Below, one piece after another: positions 48,387 through 58,600 of a DNA stretch of 64,000 nucleotides (position 1 is its first letter; each line of letters begins with the position of its first letter). Source of the DNA: an uncultured bacterium (GTDB taxonomy: Bacteria > Vulcanimicrobiota > Xenobia > Xenobiales > Xenobiaceae). Position numbers and translations under genes: made by a program. The DNA is taken from assembly GCA_934644775.1 (NCBI GenBank), contig CAKUDB010000011.1, positions 1,118 through 65,117 of the forward strand, read 5' to 3'. The notes under the pieces are model-generated. The model saw only the letters and a list, made by a program, of their open reading frames with translations. It was not told where the DNA came from and made no database searches.

Positions 48387-50720
48387 TTAAAGCTCTAAAG
48401 CCTCTTGGACGCGCTCCAACTTACCGGGAATATCGCGACGCCAAACCGATTCAGCCGCCCCTTTGTCCAAGATACAAACGATTACCGACTCATCTTTCAG
48501 AGGATATATAGCCAACATCTGACTATCAGTATCCACAATTAAAGCAGAGCACTTGCCAACGCTAAGCTCAGAAAGATAGTTGGTAGCGGCATTGTACATG
48601 CGAGCGGCGGCCATGGCAATATCGTCGCAATCTTGAGTAGTAGATTCGACTACCACATCCTCCATAACGATAACGGCGTCAAAGAAGCTGTCGATCACAG
48701 TAAGGCCCACTAAACTCTTCTTCAACGTATCGTCCTCGACCAGATGGCCGCCGTATTGCAAAGAGCCAGTTTCGGTAGTATGGATCGCTAAAGTGAGATT
48801 GTCGGCTGTAGGATATAAATCTAAACAACCAGACTCACCGGCAATAAAAGCCCTCTGGACAGTACCTAAACTAGCCTCATCGGCAATCTCATTTATGGAG
48901 TTAATAAATTCCGGCTGGAAAGCAGCAGCCGAATCGGGATCGGAAAAAGTTTCTAAAGTGCCTAAGAAGGGCATGCCGTCATCAGAAATGATCATGGCCG
49001 AAGAGGTACCTAAATCGGAGACGGCACTAAGATCGGCGTCTAAACTATCGGTATCGTTACTTTCCAACAAATGCTCTAACAGACGGCTGACTATACCACT
49101 AAGCGACTCACTTCCAGCCGATAAGAAAGCTGGCAAATCGGGAGTAATCTCTTCGGAAGAAGGACTTACCTCAACTTCAAGGTGGGGAACTTTCAAGCCA
49201 GGAAGCTGAAGTTCGTCTTTCTCCTCTTCGAGCTTAGCTTCAATTTCCGGCTCGACAGCTTCGGCAGCGGGCTCTTGGATAGCAGCAGCTTCAGACTCAA
49301 CAGCTTCGGCAGCGGGCTCTTGGATAGCAGCAGCTTCAGGCTCGACAGCTTCGGCAGCGGGCTCTTGGATAGCAGCAGCTTCAGGCTCGACAGCTTCGGC
49401 AGCGGGCTCTTGGATAGCAGCAGCTTCAGGCTCGACAGCTTCGGCAGCGGGCTCTTGGATAGCAACAGCTTCAGGCTCGACAGCTTCGGCAGCAGGCTCT
49501 TGGATAGCAACAGCTTCAGGCTCGACAGCTTCGGGAGCGCCTAAGAAGTATTCACCGACAATGCGTCCCACGCTGACACTAGTTAGAGCGTCGATACCGG
49601 CTAAGAAGTCGCTAACTACCGAGCGGCAAGCCCGATCGGAAACGGAATTGATCGTATCTTGCAAAGCGTCTATATCGCTGACAATAAACATGCGCTCGCC
49701 TTCAGCTTCGATAACTTTGTAAGCTTCGGCGCTGACCGTACCAGAAGTGACAGCGAAAGTACAATCGGGATGGAAGAAACGGCTGCGAGTGATAATGCGG
49801 AAAACAGAGTTGGCGTCCAGCCCTTGCTCAGAGATAGAGAACATCAACAAAGATCCCTTGTAGTCGGCAAAGACTTCGCAACTATTATTGTGATCTTCGC
49901 TGCGGAAGAGAATGTGCTCACTGCTGACGCCACAATCGAGCAAGGCGGCCCCCACCGTATAGGCCAACCACATATTACGACGAGCTAAAATAGCGCCTTG
50001 AGGACAAACGGAAAGGGATTGGACTATTTGCTCGTCGGAAATAGCTTTACCACAATGGAAGCAGCGGAAACCGCGCTTGGCAGCTTCATCTAAAGCGGCC
50101 AAACTGGAAACGCGGCTGACCTTCTGGCCGGTCTCTTTGCAAAAGACTTCAAATTCGCAATTGATAATATTCATGTCGGCCATAACTTTGACATCTTCAC
50201 CGACTTCAAAAACGGAACGTCCTTGGGCCGCCTCGGGAAGAGAGACTACGCCGCGCTCGGATACTATTTGCAAAAGCTGACGCACGCCGGGACTACGCAA
50301 ACAAGCGGCCGCTTTACGCTCCCAGTCGCCCACTTGCAAAGGCTCGGAATCTTCGCGCAGAAATTCGAAATAAGGCGAAACGACGGGCACTACTTGAGAC
50401 TTAGCCTGAGGAATGGCTTTATTTACTATATTTAAATACTCTTCCCAAGAGGAAGCGCCACTCTTTTCCTCCCAAGCTCCGCCAACGAGCAAAGCCTTCT
50501 CCTGGGGCAGGAAATGATAGTAGAACATCGCTCCAGAAGGAGTTACCACCACGTCTCCACTTAAAGAAGCCAAAGTGCCTTCTTTGCCCAACATTTCAAC
50601 GAACCGCTCATGGCCGCCGGAGATAACAGGACGGAACTTTTGACTGAGCAAATTGGCCAAAGCATTTTTGCTGTCACTAATATTGTGAAGATCTGTCAAT
50701 TTTCTGCGTACAAATTGCAT
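48387..50720 (-). CDS. large hypothetical protein: N-terminal domain with Cys4 zinc-ribbon-like motif, seven 15-aa acidic tandem repeats (EAVEPEAAAIQEPAA), C-terminal Roadblock/LC7-like domains
   Basis: ATG 50720 (MQFVRRK) is preceded by GAGGAG; the track start TTG 50741 lies inside that RBS. C-terminal segments LTVIDSFFDAVIVMEDVVVE and SALIVDTDSQMLAIYPLKDESVIVCILD fit the Roadblock/LC7 pattern (inference). Confidence 0.65.
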   Translation of the reverse strand: MQFVRRKLTDLHNISDSKNALANLLSQKFRPVISGGHERFVEMLGKEGTLASLSGDVVVTPSGAMFYYHFLPQEKALLVGGAWEEKSGASSWEEYLNIVNKAIPQAKSQVVPVVSPYFEFLREDSEPLQVGDWERKAAACLRSPGVRQLLQIVSERGVVSLPEAAQGRSVFEVGEDVKVMADMNIINCEFEVFCKETGQKVSRVSSLAALDEAAKRGFRCFHCGKAISDEQIVQSLSVCPQGAILARRNMWLAYTVGAALLDCGVSSEHILFRSEDHNNSCEVFADYKGSLLMFSISEQGLDANSVFRIITRSRFFHPDCTFAVTSGTVSAEAYKVIEAEGERMFIVSDIDALQDTINSVSDRACRSVVSDFLAGIDALTSVSVGRIVGEYFLGAPEAVEPEAVAIQEPAAEAVEPEAVAIQEPAAEAVEPEAAAIQEPAAEAVEPEAAAIQEPAAEAVEPEAAAIQEPAAEAVESEAAAIQEPAAEAVEPEIEAKLEEEKDELQLPGLKVPHLEVEVSPSSEEITPDLPAFLSAGSESLSGIVSRLLEHLLESNDTDSLDADLSAVSDLGTSSAMIISDDGMPFLGTLETFSDPDSAAAFQPEFINSINEIADEASLGTVQRAFIAGESGCLDLYPTADNLTLAIHTTETGSLQYGGHLVEDDTLKKSLVGLTVIDSFFDAVIVMEDVVVESTTQDCDDIAMAAARMYNAATNYLSELSVGKCSALIVDTDSQMLAIYPLKDESVIVCILDKGAAESVWRRDIPGKLERVQEALEL
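49250..49545 (-). repeat. 45-nt tandem DNA repeat (~6.5 copies) encoding EAVEPEAAAIQEPAA
   Basis: Near-identical units gcagcgggctcttggatagcagcagcttcaggctcgacagcttcg; the antisense ORFs in the track here are artefacts. Confidence 0.9.
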
Positions 50721-50834
50721 ATTAAAAACTAAACTCCTCAAACCATGTTGTTCGTCGCCGTCAGCGAAAAAAAATTGCCGCCAAACTTCTACAACCTCTC
50801 GGCAATTCCTTTGCTAAGTGGGCAGTCCAGCTAG

Positions 50835-51053
50835 CCCCTACTGGCCAACTCGAGCCCATTGGAACTACCCTCCCCCCTTAAGTAGGGGATGGAAGGGAGC
50901 ACGACGAATTTTATCCGCCTAGAGTACCGTGAGTGGCACGGATATCTAGGCCTGTGGAGAGTGTATCGCTGCTACAGTTCTTCGAAACTGTAGGGCTACT
51001 CTCGTAGAAGCAGGAAGCTCCCATCCCTAGGAGCGGGAGTACATTCACGGAGG
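50835..51053 (+). promoter_or_regulatory. structured 5' leader (multi-stem, mutually exclusive pairings), candidate riboswitch/attenuator
   Basis: Long-range P1 GGGATGGAAGGGAGC (50886-50900)/GCTCCCATCCC (51017-51027) encloses GCCTAG...CTAGGC (with inner CCGTG/CACGG) and CTACAGTT/AACTGTAG. Alternative outer stem CCCCTACT (50835-42)/AGTAGGGG (50881-88), and CCCTCCCCCC (50868-77) could pair with P1 or with the RBS GGAGG (51049-53). Confidence 0.4.
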
Positions 51054-51062
51054 TTATAATAA

Positions 51063-52172
51063 ATGCTGACGCCCTCTATCAGAAAAACGCGCAAAGGCTT
51101 GCCGTTTCTCCTGGTTTTAGCATTGCTGGCGTTTTTTTTGGCTATTCCTCACACAATTTTTGCCGCTTCCCCGGCCAGTGTATTCGTTGACGGTATGCGC
51201 GTAGAGGCTACGCCTATAATCCGCGACGGCGTAACTTATCTACCCATACAAGTTATGGCCCAAGCTTTGCAAGCCGAAATTATTTGGGATTCCAAACTAA
51301 ATACAGTCAAAGTAAATGGCAAAGTTGCTTCTTCTCCAGTTTACAATAACGGCGGACGTATATATTTGCCGGTAGAAACTTTTGTCGGTTCTCTGGGCGG
51401 CTCCGTAAATTTTGACGGCCGCAGCAACCGCATACTTATTATCACCAATACAGGTTCGAGCTTAGCTAAGAGTCAGACCTCCTCTTCGTCTACTCAACAG
51501 AAAGCCAGCCAGAACACTTATGTAAAGCCCACAGCCGCCCCTAAGTCGACAGCTCGCAGCCACCAAAGCCCAAGCCCAAAAACTCAAACTACTAATTATT
51601 CTGCCGCCAATCGCCCTTCTGAGTTTAACCAGAGCGGCACTCCCAGTAGTTATGCTCCCAATCAAATCCAAACTAACGTTTCCTTGCGTCCGGTGGACGC
51701 CTCTCCCTATCTGGCATCCAACTTGCAACCAGGCCCCATTCAAGGCGTAAATGCTATGCGCGGCGGTAGTGCCAATTTGCCAACTAACTCTCAACGTCCT
51801 CAGAATGGCAGAGTCTATGTGCCTAGGAGTGCCAAGAACGAAGTCTTCCAAGTAACTGTCACCAACTTAGAGACTATCTCTGTTTTGAAAGATTTCTACC
51901 GCCCCAAGGAAGGCTATAAATACGTTATAGCTTATCTTTCTCAACAGAACATTTCTCAACAAGTCCAAATTTATACAGGTCGCTTTTCCCTTTTAGATCA
52001 AAAGTCTAATTCTTACGATTATATAGAAGGATTAAGTAACTTTTGGCTAGTAATTTTAAGGCCTTACGGCATCAACTTCGGCTATTTAGTCTTTGAAGTT
52101 CCCGCCGATTCCAAACCGGTAAGTTTGGTGCTCCATTCCCTGAACCAGGCTCCGCTGTCCATAGATATTTAG
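51063..52172 (+). CDS. secreted protein with copper-amine-oxidase-like N-terminal (stalk) domain, S/T/Q/P-rich linker and C-terminal DUF4352-like domain
   Basis: Signal peptide; VFVDGMRVEATPIIRDGVTYLPIQVMAQALQAEIIWDS resembles the Cu_amine_oxidN1 domain common in Firmicutes wall proteins; GGAGG RBS. Confidence 0.65.
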   Translation: MLTPSIRKTRKGLPFLLVLALLAFFLAIPHTIFAASPASVFVDGMRVEATPIIRDGVTYLPIQVMAQALQAEIIWDSKLNTVKVNGKVASSPVYNNGGRIYLPVETFVGSLGGSVNFDGRSNRILIITNTGSSLAKSQTSSSSTQQKASQNTYVKPTAAPKSTARSHQSPSPKTQTTNYSAANRPSEFNQSGTPSSYAPNQIQTNVSLRPVDASPYLASNLQPGPIQGVNAMRGGSANLPTNSQRPQNGRVYVPRSAKNEVFQVTVTNLETISVLKDFYRPKEGYKYVIAYLSQQNISQQVQIYTGRFSLLDQKSNSYDYIEGLSNFWLVILRPYGINFGYLVFEVPADSKPVSLVLHSLNQAPLSIDI

Positions 52173-52293
52173 GTCAGTTGCTCCGTTTTCTCTTTGGAAA
52201 TGGAAGTGACCCTTATCTGTATCTATTCTGGATTAAATGACCGACTTCAGAAAAACATTTTTCCTTCTACGAAAGAAAAGGAGTTGCGTAAAT

Positions 52294-53616
52294 ATGGTGC
52301 CGAGAACGCGCCTTGCCTACATTGCGTCAATAGTCCTGGCTATCTTTGCTTTTATCATCATTTGCGGAGCCACCGTAAGTCGTGCTGACGAGCCTGTTGA
52401 AATTACCTTCTGGCATGCCATGAGTCGAACTCGCGGCAAAGTGCTCAATCAGCTAGTTGATGAGTTTAACAAAGCTAACCCTAATATAGTTGTCAAGTCA
52501 GTTTGTATTCAGTCACAAAATAAAGAGTACGGTAACGACTACAACGCTCTTTATTCGAAAATCTTGGAAAATATTGCCAAGAATACCCCTCCCGACGTAG
52601 CTCAGGTCTATGAAAACTGGACTACTCAATACGTCGGTATCGATGCTTTGGTTCCGGTAGAGAGTCTCATGACTAGCAGCGACAAAGCGGCTATGAAAGA
52701 TATTGTCCCCGTTTTCCTTAGCGCCAATACTTTCACTTCTCCTAGTGGCGAAAAGCAACTTTACACTTTGCCTTTCAACAAGTCTATCTATGTTTTGTTC
52801 TATAATAAGAACATCTTCCGAGAGCTCGGACTTAAGCCTCCGACGACTTGGCAAGAGCTTAGCAAAACGGCCAAAGTTATCGCCGATCGCAAAGGTATCC
52901 CCGGCTTAGCCTTCCAGCCCAGCGTCGACATTTTCGGCCACTACCTCTACTCTTACGGTGGAACCTATATCAGTAAGACTGACAACGGAGCCGGTTTTGG
53001 TGGCCGTTTAGGTGTAGCCGACCTCAAATATTGGGTAGACTTAGTCCATAAGGATCATTCTGCCAAGCCCACCTTCGACGCCGTCAAACTCTTCCAGGAC
53101 GGTCAGGCCGGTATGTATATAGAGACGACTTCTCGTATCGGTGGTTTTGAAAAAGCCCGAGCTAACGGTTTAGATTTTGGCGTCATGCCTATTCCTAAGG
53201 GCAGCACCCAAGCTAGCCAGTTTGCCGGCACCAACTTAGCCATCTTTAGAGGTACCAACGATGTAGAGAAGCAAAATGCCGCCTACAAGTTCGTCTCTTA
53301 TATGTGCAGTCCGGCTGTCACTGCTAAATGGTCGATTCAAACTGGTTACTTACCTGTACGTAAATCGGCTATCAATTCAGCTGCTTATCAAAACCATGTC
53401 AAACAGCATCCTGAGTATGCTGTAGGCTTGAAATCTTTAGATAAAGCCACAGTTCAGCCGCGTGTTCCCGTGTGGGAGTCGATCCGCAGCATTTTGGACG
53501 ACGCCATGTTTAAGGCTTTAGGCCGCAAGTGTGACACTGAAACGGCTATCCAGGAAGCTGTCGACACTTCTAATAAGTTGCTCTACTCAGTAGGTAGCTA
53601 CGAAGGTAACAATTAG
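52294..53616 (+). CDS. ABC transporter substrate-binding protein (family 1, carbohydrate type), orphan (no adjacent permease/ATPase)
   Basis: Signal/TM then EPVEITFWHAMS... typical of SBP_bac_1; ATG 52294 with GAAAAGGAG RBS 9 nt upstream preferred over track start 52237. Confidence 0.85.
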   Translation: MVPRTRLAYIASIVLAIFAFIIICGATVSRADEPVEITFWHAMSRTRGKVLNQLVDEFNKANPNIVVKSVCIQSQNKEYGNDYNALYSKILENIAKNTPPDVAQVYENWTTQYVGIDALVPVESLMTSSDKAAMKDIVPVFLSANTFTSPSGEKQLYTLPFNKSIYVLFYNKNIFRELGLKPPTTWQELSKTAKVIADRKGIPGLAFQPSVDIFGHYLYSYGGTYISKTDNGAGFGGRLGVADLKYWVDLVHKDHSAKPTFDAVKLFQDGQAGMYIETTSRIGGFEKARANGLDFGVMPIPKGSTQASQFAGTNLAIFRGTNDVEKQNAAYKFVSYMCSPAVTAKWSIQTGYLPVRKSAINSAAYQNHVKQHPEYAVGLKSLDKATVQPRVPVWESIRSILDDAMFKALGRKCDTETAIQEAVDTSNKLLYSVGSYEGNN

Positions 53617-53638
53617 TAAGTATTATATCTTTTTAACT

Positions 53639-53677
53639 AAAATAAGCATGTTCCTCACATGGGGGACATGCTTATTT
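53639..53677 (+). terminator. hairpin terminator after the SBP gene
   Basis: 12-bp stem AAATAAGCATGT/ACATGCTTATTT with 14-nt loop, followed by a T-rich run. Confidence 0.4.
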
Positions 53678-53811
53678 GCTTAATTGCTCTAAAAAGTTAG
53701 ACTAAACTGATATTTATGAGAAAACATACTATTGCTCTTTTTAGAAGGAAGTTAAGCAAAACAGAGGAAATTTTAGGTGATTTTTTCTTATACTAACTAC
53801 GTGAAAGGGAC

Positions 53812-55374
53812 ATGAATCTACTCATGGCTAAAGGATATTCCTCTAAAAAACTAAGCACAGCTTTGGCTTGTGCCAGTCTTTGCTTGGCTATTTCTGGTTT
53901 TGTGGCCGGATGCGGCGACGGAGGCAGTACCACTGCCAATAAAGAACTCGGTTATAAACAAGAAGGTACGGTCACTTTCGATTTAAGCGAAAAAGTTAAA
54001 CCTGAGTTGAGAGCCGTAAAGTATTCTTTCCTCAATAAAGATGGCTTACCCATTCTCGTTACTGACAAACTTAGCCTCGAGCAGGAGACAATTAGTATAG
54101 AAAATGTTCCTACAGAAGCTGTCGAAGTTATAGGTTACTTCTTCTCCAACGATAAGGCTACCGATTTTAGCATATATAATATAAGCTGGAATACCACCGC
54201 CGAGCCTACATCTACGGTAGAATTTGTTCGCGATATTAAAGACACAGATCTCGAATATTACAGAGTAGATCCCACCTACTCTTGCGTAGATAAGGGTGAG
54301 TCTACTTATGTAAATTTGATCGCCTCTTATTTGCCTGAGGGTTCTAAAAAATACGAAATTTTAGATCTTACCCCCTTGGCCAAAATTGAAACTATTGGCC
54401 ATATAGTAATGCAGCGCAAGGTCAGTATCCTGAACAACCTTTATCAAGGTACAACTTACGGAACCCAAGACTTTGAAGTTACTTCCGATTCTTTAGTCAA
54501 TTACACAACTAATAGAAAAAGTGGCGACGATAAGGATTATGGCCGTGATTGCGTCCATGTTTCCGACGCCGTCCTTACTGGCTTAGTATTAGAAAATGTC
54601 ACTATCGGAATTAAGGCTACTACCAATACTCCTGAAGTTCCCGAAACTGCCCCTGAAGAAGCTACCGGAACTTTAACTCCAGAAACTACTAAAATTCTGG
54701 TTTACAATCCCAACGTCGATATGGGCGTAAATAGTACGGTTATCGACGGAAAAACTTATGTTGTTCGTAAAGGCCAATTTATTGCCTACGGAATTTATGA
54801 GTCTCCTACTACCAAGAATAACGATTTCCAAGTAAAAATGCGCGACCGGGAAATCAGTTGGGAAACTCCTAACGACAATGCTATCGACTTCCAGTTGGGT
54901 AAAAATAAAGCCACCTATTTTACCAGAGCTGCCAAGAATAATATTCCTTTTAGTGCCTACACTTACAACAAGAAAAATCAAAAGGTTTCTACTTCTATAA
55001 ATATAGATATTAAAGACGCTACGGCTGTGCTTGGTTACGAGGCAAGCGTTAGAAATCCCAACTTACTGCTTATTGATGGCGAAGTCAATTTCGAACTCTG
55101 GGGCGCTTATATGATTGATGGCCAAATGAGCCAACATACGTCCACCATCTTTGACGTTACCGAAGTTGGGAAAAAGGTCGTTTACGTTCTTGATGAGAAG
55201 ACCCCAGCGAAAGTTACCCCCGATCCAATATCCCAAAGTTATAAACTTGAAGCCGGGGAGCAAAAAGTTGGCGATAAGGGAAAGTTGTCCTTTAAGATCG
55301 TCGACGAAGATGAGCACGATGTAGTAACTAGTGATCCTTACGAATATACAGTAGTAGCTGTTCCCAATCCCTAA
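53812..55374 (+). CDS. hypothetical lipoprotein (lipobox VAGC)
   Basis: LSTALACASLCLAISGFVAGCGDGG signal and lipobox; gene and upstream region are noticeably more AT-rich than the surroundings. Confidence 0.6.
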   Translation: MNLLMAKGYSSKKLSTALACASLCLAISGFVAGCGDGGSTTANKELGYKQEGTVTFDLSEKVKPELRAVKYSFLNKDGLPILVTDKLSLEQETISIENVPTEAVEVIGYFFSNDKATDFSIYNISWNTTAEPTSTVEFVRDIKDTDLEYYRVDPTYSCVDKGESTYVNLIASYLPEGSKKYEILDLTPLAKIETIGHIVMQRKVSILNNLYQGTTYGTQDFEVTSDSLVNYTTNRKSGDDKDYGRDCVHVSDAVLTGLVLENVTIGIKATTNTPEVPETAPEEATGTLTPETTKILVYNPNVDMGVNSTVIDGKTYVVRKGQFIAYGIYESPTTKNNDFQVKMRDREISWETPNDNAIDFQLGKNKATYFTRAAKNNIPFSAYTYNKKNQKVSTSINIDIKDATAVLGYEASVRNPNLLLIDGEVNFELWGAYMIDGQMSQHTSTIFDVTEVGKKVVYVLDEKTPAKVTPDPISQSYKLEAGEQKVGDKGKLSFKIVDEDEHDVVTSDPYEYTVVAVPNP

Positions 55375-55390
55375 TTAGACTCTTTATTGA

Positions 55391-55483
55391 GGGCAGCTGC
55401 TTTTACTTAAGTAGAGCAGTTGCCAGGAGTAAGATACTCTAAATAAAAAGCGCTCCTTAGGGAGCGCTTTTTATTTAGAGTAT
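55391..55483. terminator. double hairpin between convergent genes, second with 24-bp perfect inverted repeat (bidirectional terminator)
   Basis: GGCAGCTGCT...AGCAGTTGCC (55391-55423), then AGATACTCTAAATAAAAAGCGCTCC (55431-55455)-TTAG-GGAGCGCTTTTTATTTAGAGTATC (55460-55483). Confidence 0.65.
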
Positions 55484-55515
55484 CCTTTTCTTTAGCCTAT
55501 TTAGTATACCAAAAG

Positions 55516-55686
55516 CTAGAAGAAAGTATAGATAAAAGGAGCTATATAAGTAGACTGAGCCCAAGATACGAAAAGGGTAAGGGCCAATAAGCCCAGTAAA
55601 AGGGGTACTAGCCAGAGACGTTTACCGGCCATAAAACTGACAAACTCTATAGCTATAGCCCAACGACTTTTAAACTTACTAAGCAT
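55516..55686 (-). CDS. small membrane protein, DUF5989/SxtK-like (56 aa), not in the >=60-aa ORF track
   Basis: MLSKFKSRWAIAIEFVSFMAGKRLWLVPLLLGLLALTLFVSWAQSTYIAPFIYTFF; ATG 9 nt after the stop of the carbamoyltransferase fusion gene with GGAG in between; C-terminal APFIYTFF resembles the DUF5989 family signature as recalled. Confidence 0.6.
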   Translation of the reverse strand: MLSKFKSRWAIAIEFVSFMAGKRLWLVPLLLGLLALTLFVSWAQSTYIAPFIYTFF

Positions 55687-55695
55687 ATACAGGCC

Positions 55696-58600
55696 TTACA
55701 TCTCCTCATCGCTACTATTAGTATTGATATGGGCAGCATTTTCCGACTCTTCAGCGGGCATACTGTCAGGCAAAATAGTCGAATCGCCACCAACAGAATA
55801 ATCGAACATATTTATATCAAAGATGGCTGCTCTATCCAGATATTGGCTCACCACTTCTCCAGTTTGGAAGTGGCCGAGCTTGTTAAAATGGCCATCTCTA
55901 TGGTAATACATACGCGGACGATTAACTAAGTAGGGCCACAAATCTAAAACATAAACGCCATTACTTTCAGCCCAGTCCAAGATAATCTGTCTAGGCTTAG
56001 CCCTATCAAAAAGGTTATCTTCCAAATGGGAGCTATCGAGCCAATTTTGCCAATCCTGATCGTAAACTTCCCAAGCTGAAGGAATAAGTACAATTACTAA
56101 AGTGCTACCTCGCTCGGAGCAAAGGGTACGCAATTTGCCTAGAGCGTCGGCTGTACGGGCCACACCTTGACGCATCTCTTTAGTGTAATTATTTAAACAC
56201 CAAGCTTGGGCCATATCAGGAGGCAATTTCGGGCCGAAACTGTGAGCGATAGTGCGAACAAATTGGTAGAGATGGCTGCGATTTAGTAAAGTTTTGTATA
56301 AAGAGATAGTGTTATCTTTAGGGATAGTGACAGACTTGCGCTCTTTTTTGAGGCAGTCGTAAGAGCCCCACAAAGCTTCAGCTTCAGGAGTAAGCACTAA
56401 AGATTTATCAGCCACTGTAAAGCTGCGCTGGCCTATCATATTATCGTAGAAGTCGCTGCCAGTAGAGAAACCGAGCATAACTACGTCGGCTTTGCGCTCG
56501 CCCGGCTTAAGCTTGGCATAAAGATTGGCTTCGGTATCGGTGCCAGCCTGGGGCATAGCGTAATTGAGCACCTTAGCTCCAGTAATACGCTGAATCTGGT
56601 TGAGCCAAGTATCTTCCGCATTGGCCCAACAGCCGAAAGTAAAAGAATCGCCCAGAGCTAAAATAGTTTGGCCAACCCCAGGACGACGCGAAGCCACAGC
56701 ATCGGCGGCGACGCCGTCGTCAGTTGTAGATAATTGCTTTACCTGATCGTTGCCGAATTGGTCGACAGGTCGCAAAGCAGGCAAGGCCCGCCAACCTTCA
56801 TTATTTATACGAATATCGATAGCAAATTCCGGCCCTTTGATACGCTTAGACCATCCGGGACGCATACGCCAAGCCTCTTCGCCCTTTACATAGAGGCCGC
56901 GCATTTGCATATCGGTATTGCTTACGCATAGCCAGACCAGAATTTCGGCTCCGATTAAAGCCAAAACCAAGAGGGCTACATATTTTATACAATTACCGAC
57001 AAAGCCAAAATCGTTAGCGAAACGATCGCTGTCGCTCTTATAGACAATCTTACGCGAAGCAGCAGCGCGGCCTTGCTCATTCTGGCTGTAAGCAGCTTTG
57101 GGATTAGAAGACCATTTTTCCAATTCGGCTCCAGAGATAGAGCGCTTTTCGGAGACAGCCCGACGGCTAACCAACATACGCCCCATAACTAAAGCGTCAA
57201 TATCAGAGCGAGTAAAAGCATCTAGGGCCTGGGCAGGCGTATTTACTATAGGCTCGCCAGGTAGATTGAAAGAGGTGTTAAGCACTAAGGGAAGGCCGGT
57301 ATGCTGATAAAAAGCGTTGATAAGCTCATAATAATAGGGACTTTCTTGCTTATAAACAGCCTGAGGACAAGAAGTTCCGTTTACGTGGCTAACGGCAGGA
57401 ATGATCTCCCTTCTGTCTTGATAGATAGGCGCAGCCATAAGGCCAAAGCGCAAAGGATCGACCAAATGGGGATTAGAAAGCTCGAAATATTCCCCTAGAG
57501 CTTCGGCTAAAACCGAAGAAGCGAAAGGACGGAAAGGCTCGCGGAATTGGATGCGAGCGTTAAGCAAATCTTTCATATAGGCAGCTCGAGGATCGGCTAA
57601 AATAGAACGAGCTCCTAAAGAGTGCGCTCCCCACTCAAAGCGTCCTTTCATCCAGCCTACCACCTGGCCATATTCCAAACGGGTAGCCACTTCCTGATAG
57701 ACGCTATTCATATCGGGCAACTCTTTAAATTTGCAATTTTGCGAGCGCAAATAGTCGGCTATAGCGTAATCGTCGTGGTCTTGGCCCAGATAAGGCGTAA
57801 GCAAACGATAGCGCGAAGTGCCGCCCAAAACGTGGTAGTAGCCCCACAGAGCTGCTCCCAAAGCACCTCCGCTATCGTCAGTTGCCGGTTGTATATAGAG
57901 GCCGGAAAAGCCTGATTCACGATAGAGTCGCCAGTTGGCTACAGAGTTGGCAGCCAAAGCGCCAGCTAAACATAAATTCTCATGACCATATTTGCGGCGC
58001 AAAGCTTGAGTCTGACGGACTAAAATTTCTTCGGCAGCAGCTTGAATAGAAGCGGCCACATCGGCATAGTGGCGATCTAAAAGGTGGGCCTCCTCGGCCG
58101 AGCGCGGCTTGCCAAAAAGTTGGCAGAACTTATCATTAAAGTAACGACCAACCGAGTAATGGAAAGAAAAATATTCCATATTGAGAGTGAACGCTCCGTC
58201 ACTCTCCAAACGGACTAACTTATCAAAAATAGTTTCTAAAAAGACTGGCCTACCGTAAGAGGCCATCTCCATAACTTTACATTCGCCCTCATTGGCAGAG
58301 AAGCCCAAAAATTGGGTAAAGGCACTATAAAGCAAACCTAAGGAATGGGGAAAGGCCATCTCCTCATCAAGGTGGATTTGGGTTCCCCAAGCTGAGCCGC
58401 GAGTAGCGGTAGCCCACTCACCTACTCCATCTACAGTTAAAAGAGCGGCGCTAGTAAAACCGGAGCAATAGTAGGCGCTGGCAGCATGGGATAAATGGTG
58501 GGAACAAAAGGCTATCTTATCTTTAGCTAAGCCCAGTTGTTCTTGCAAATAGGCCCTTATCCACAACTTATCTAAAAGCCAAACCAAAGACGACTCGCGA

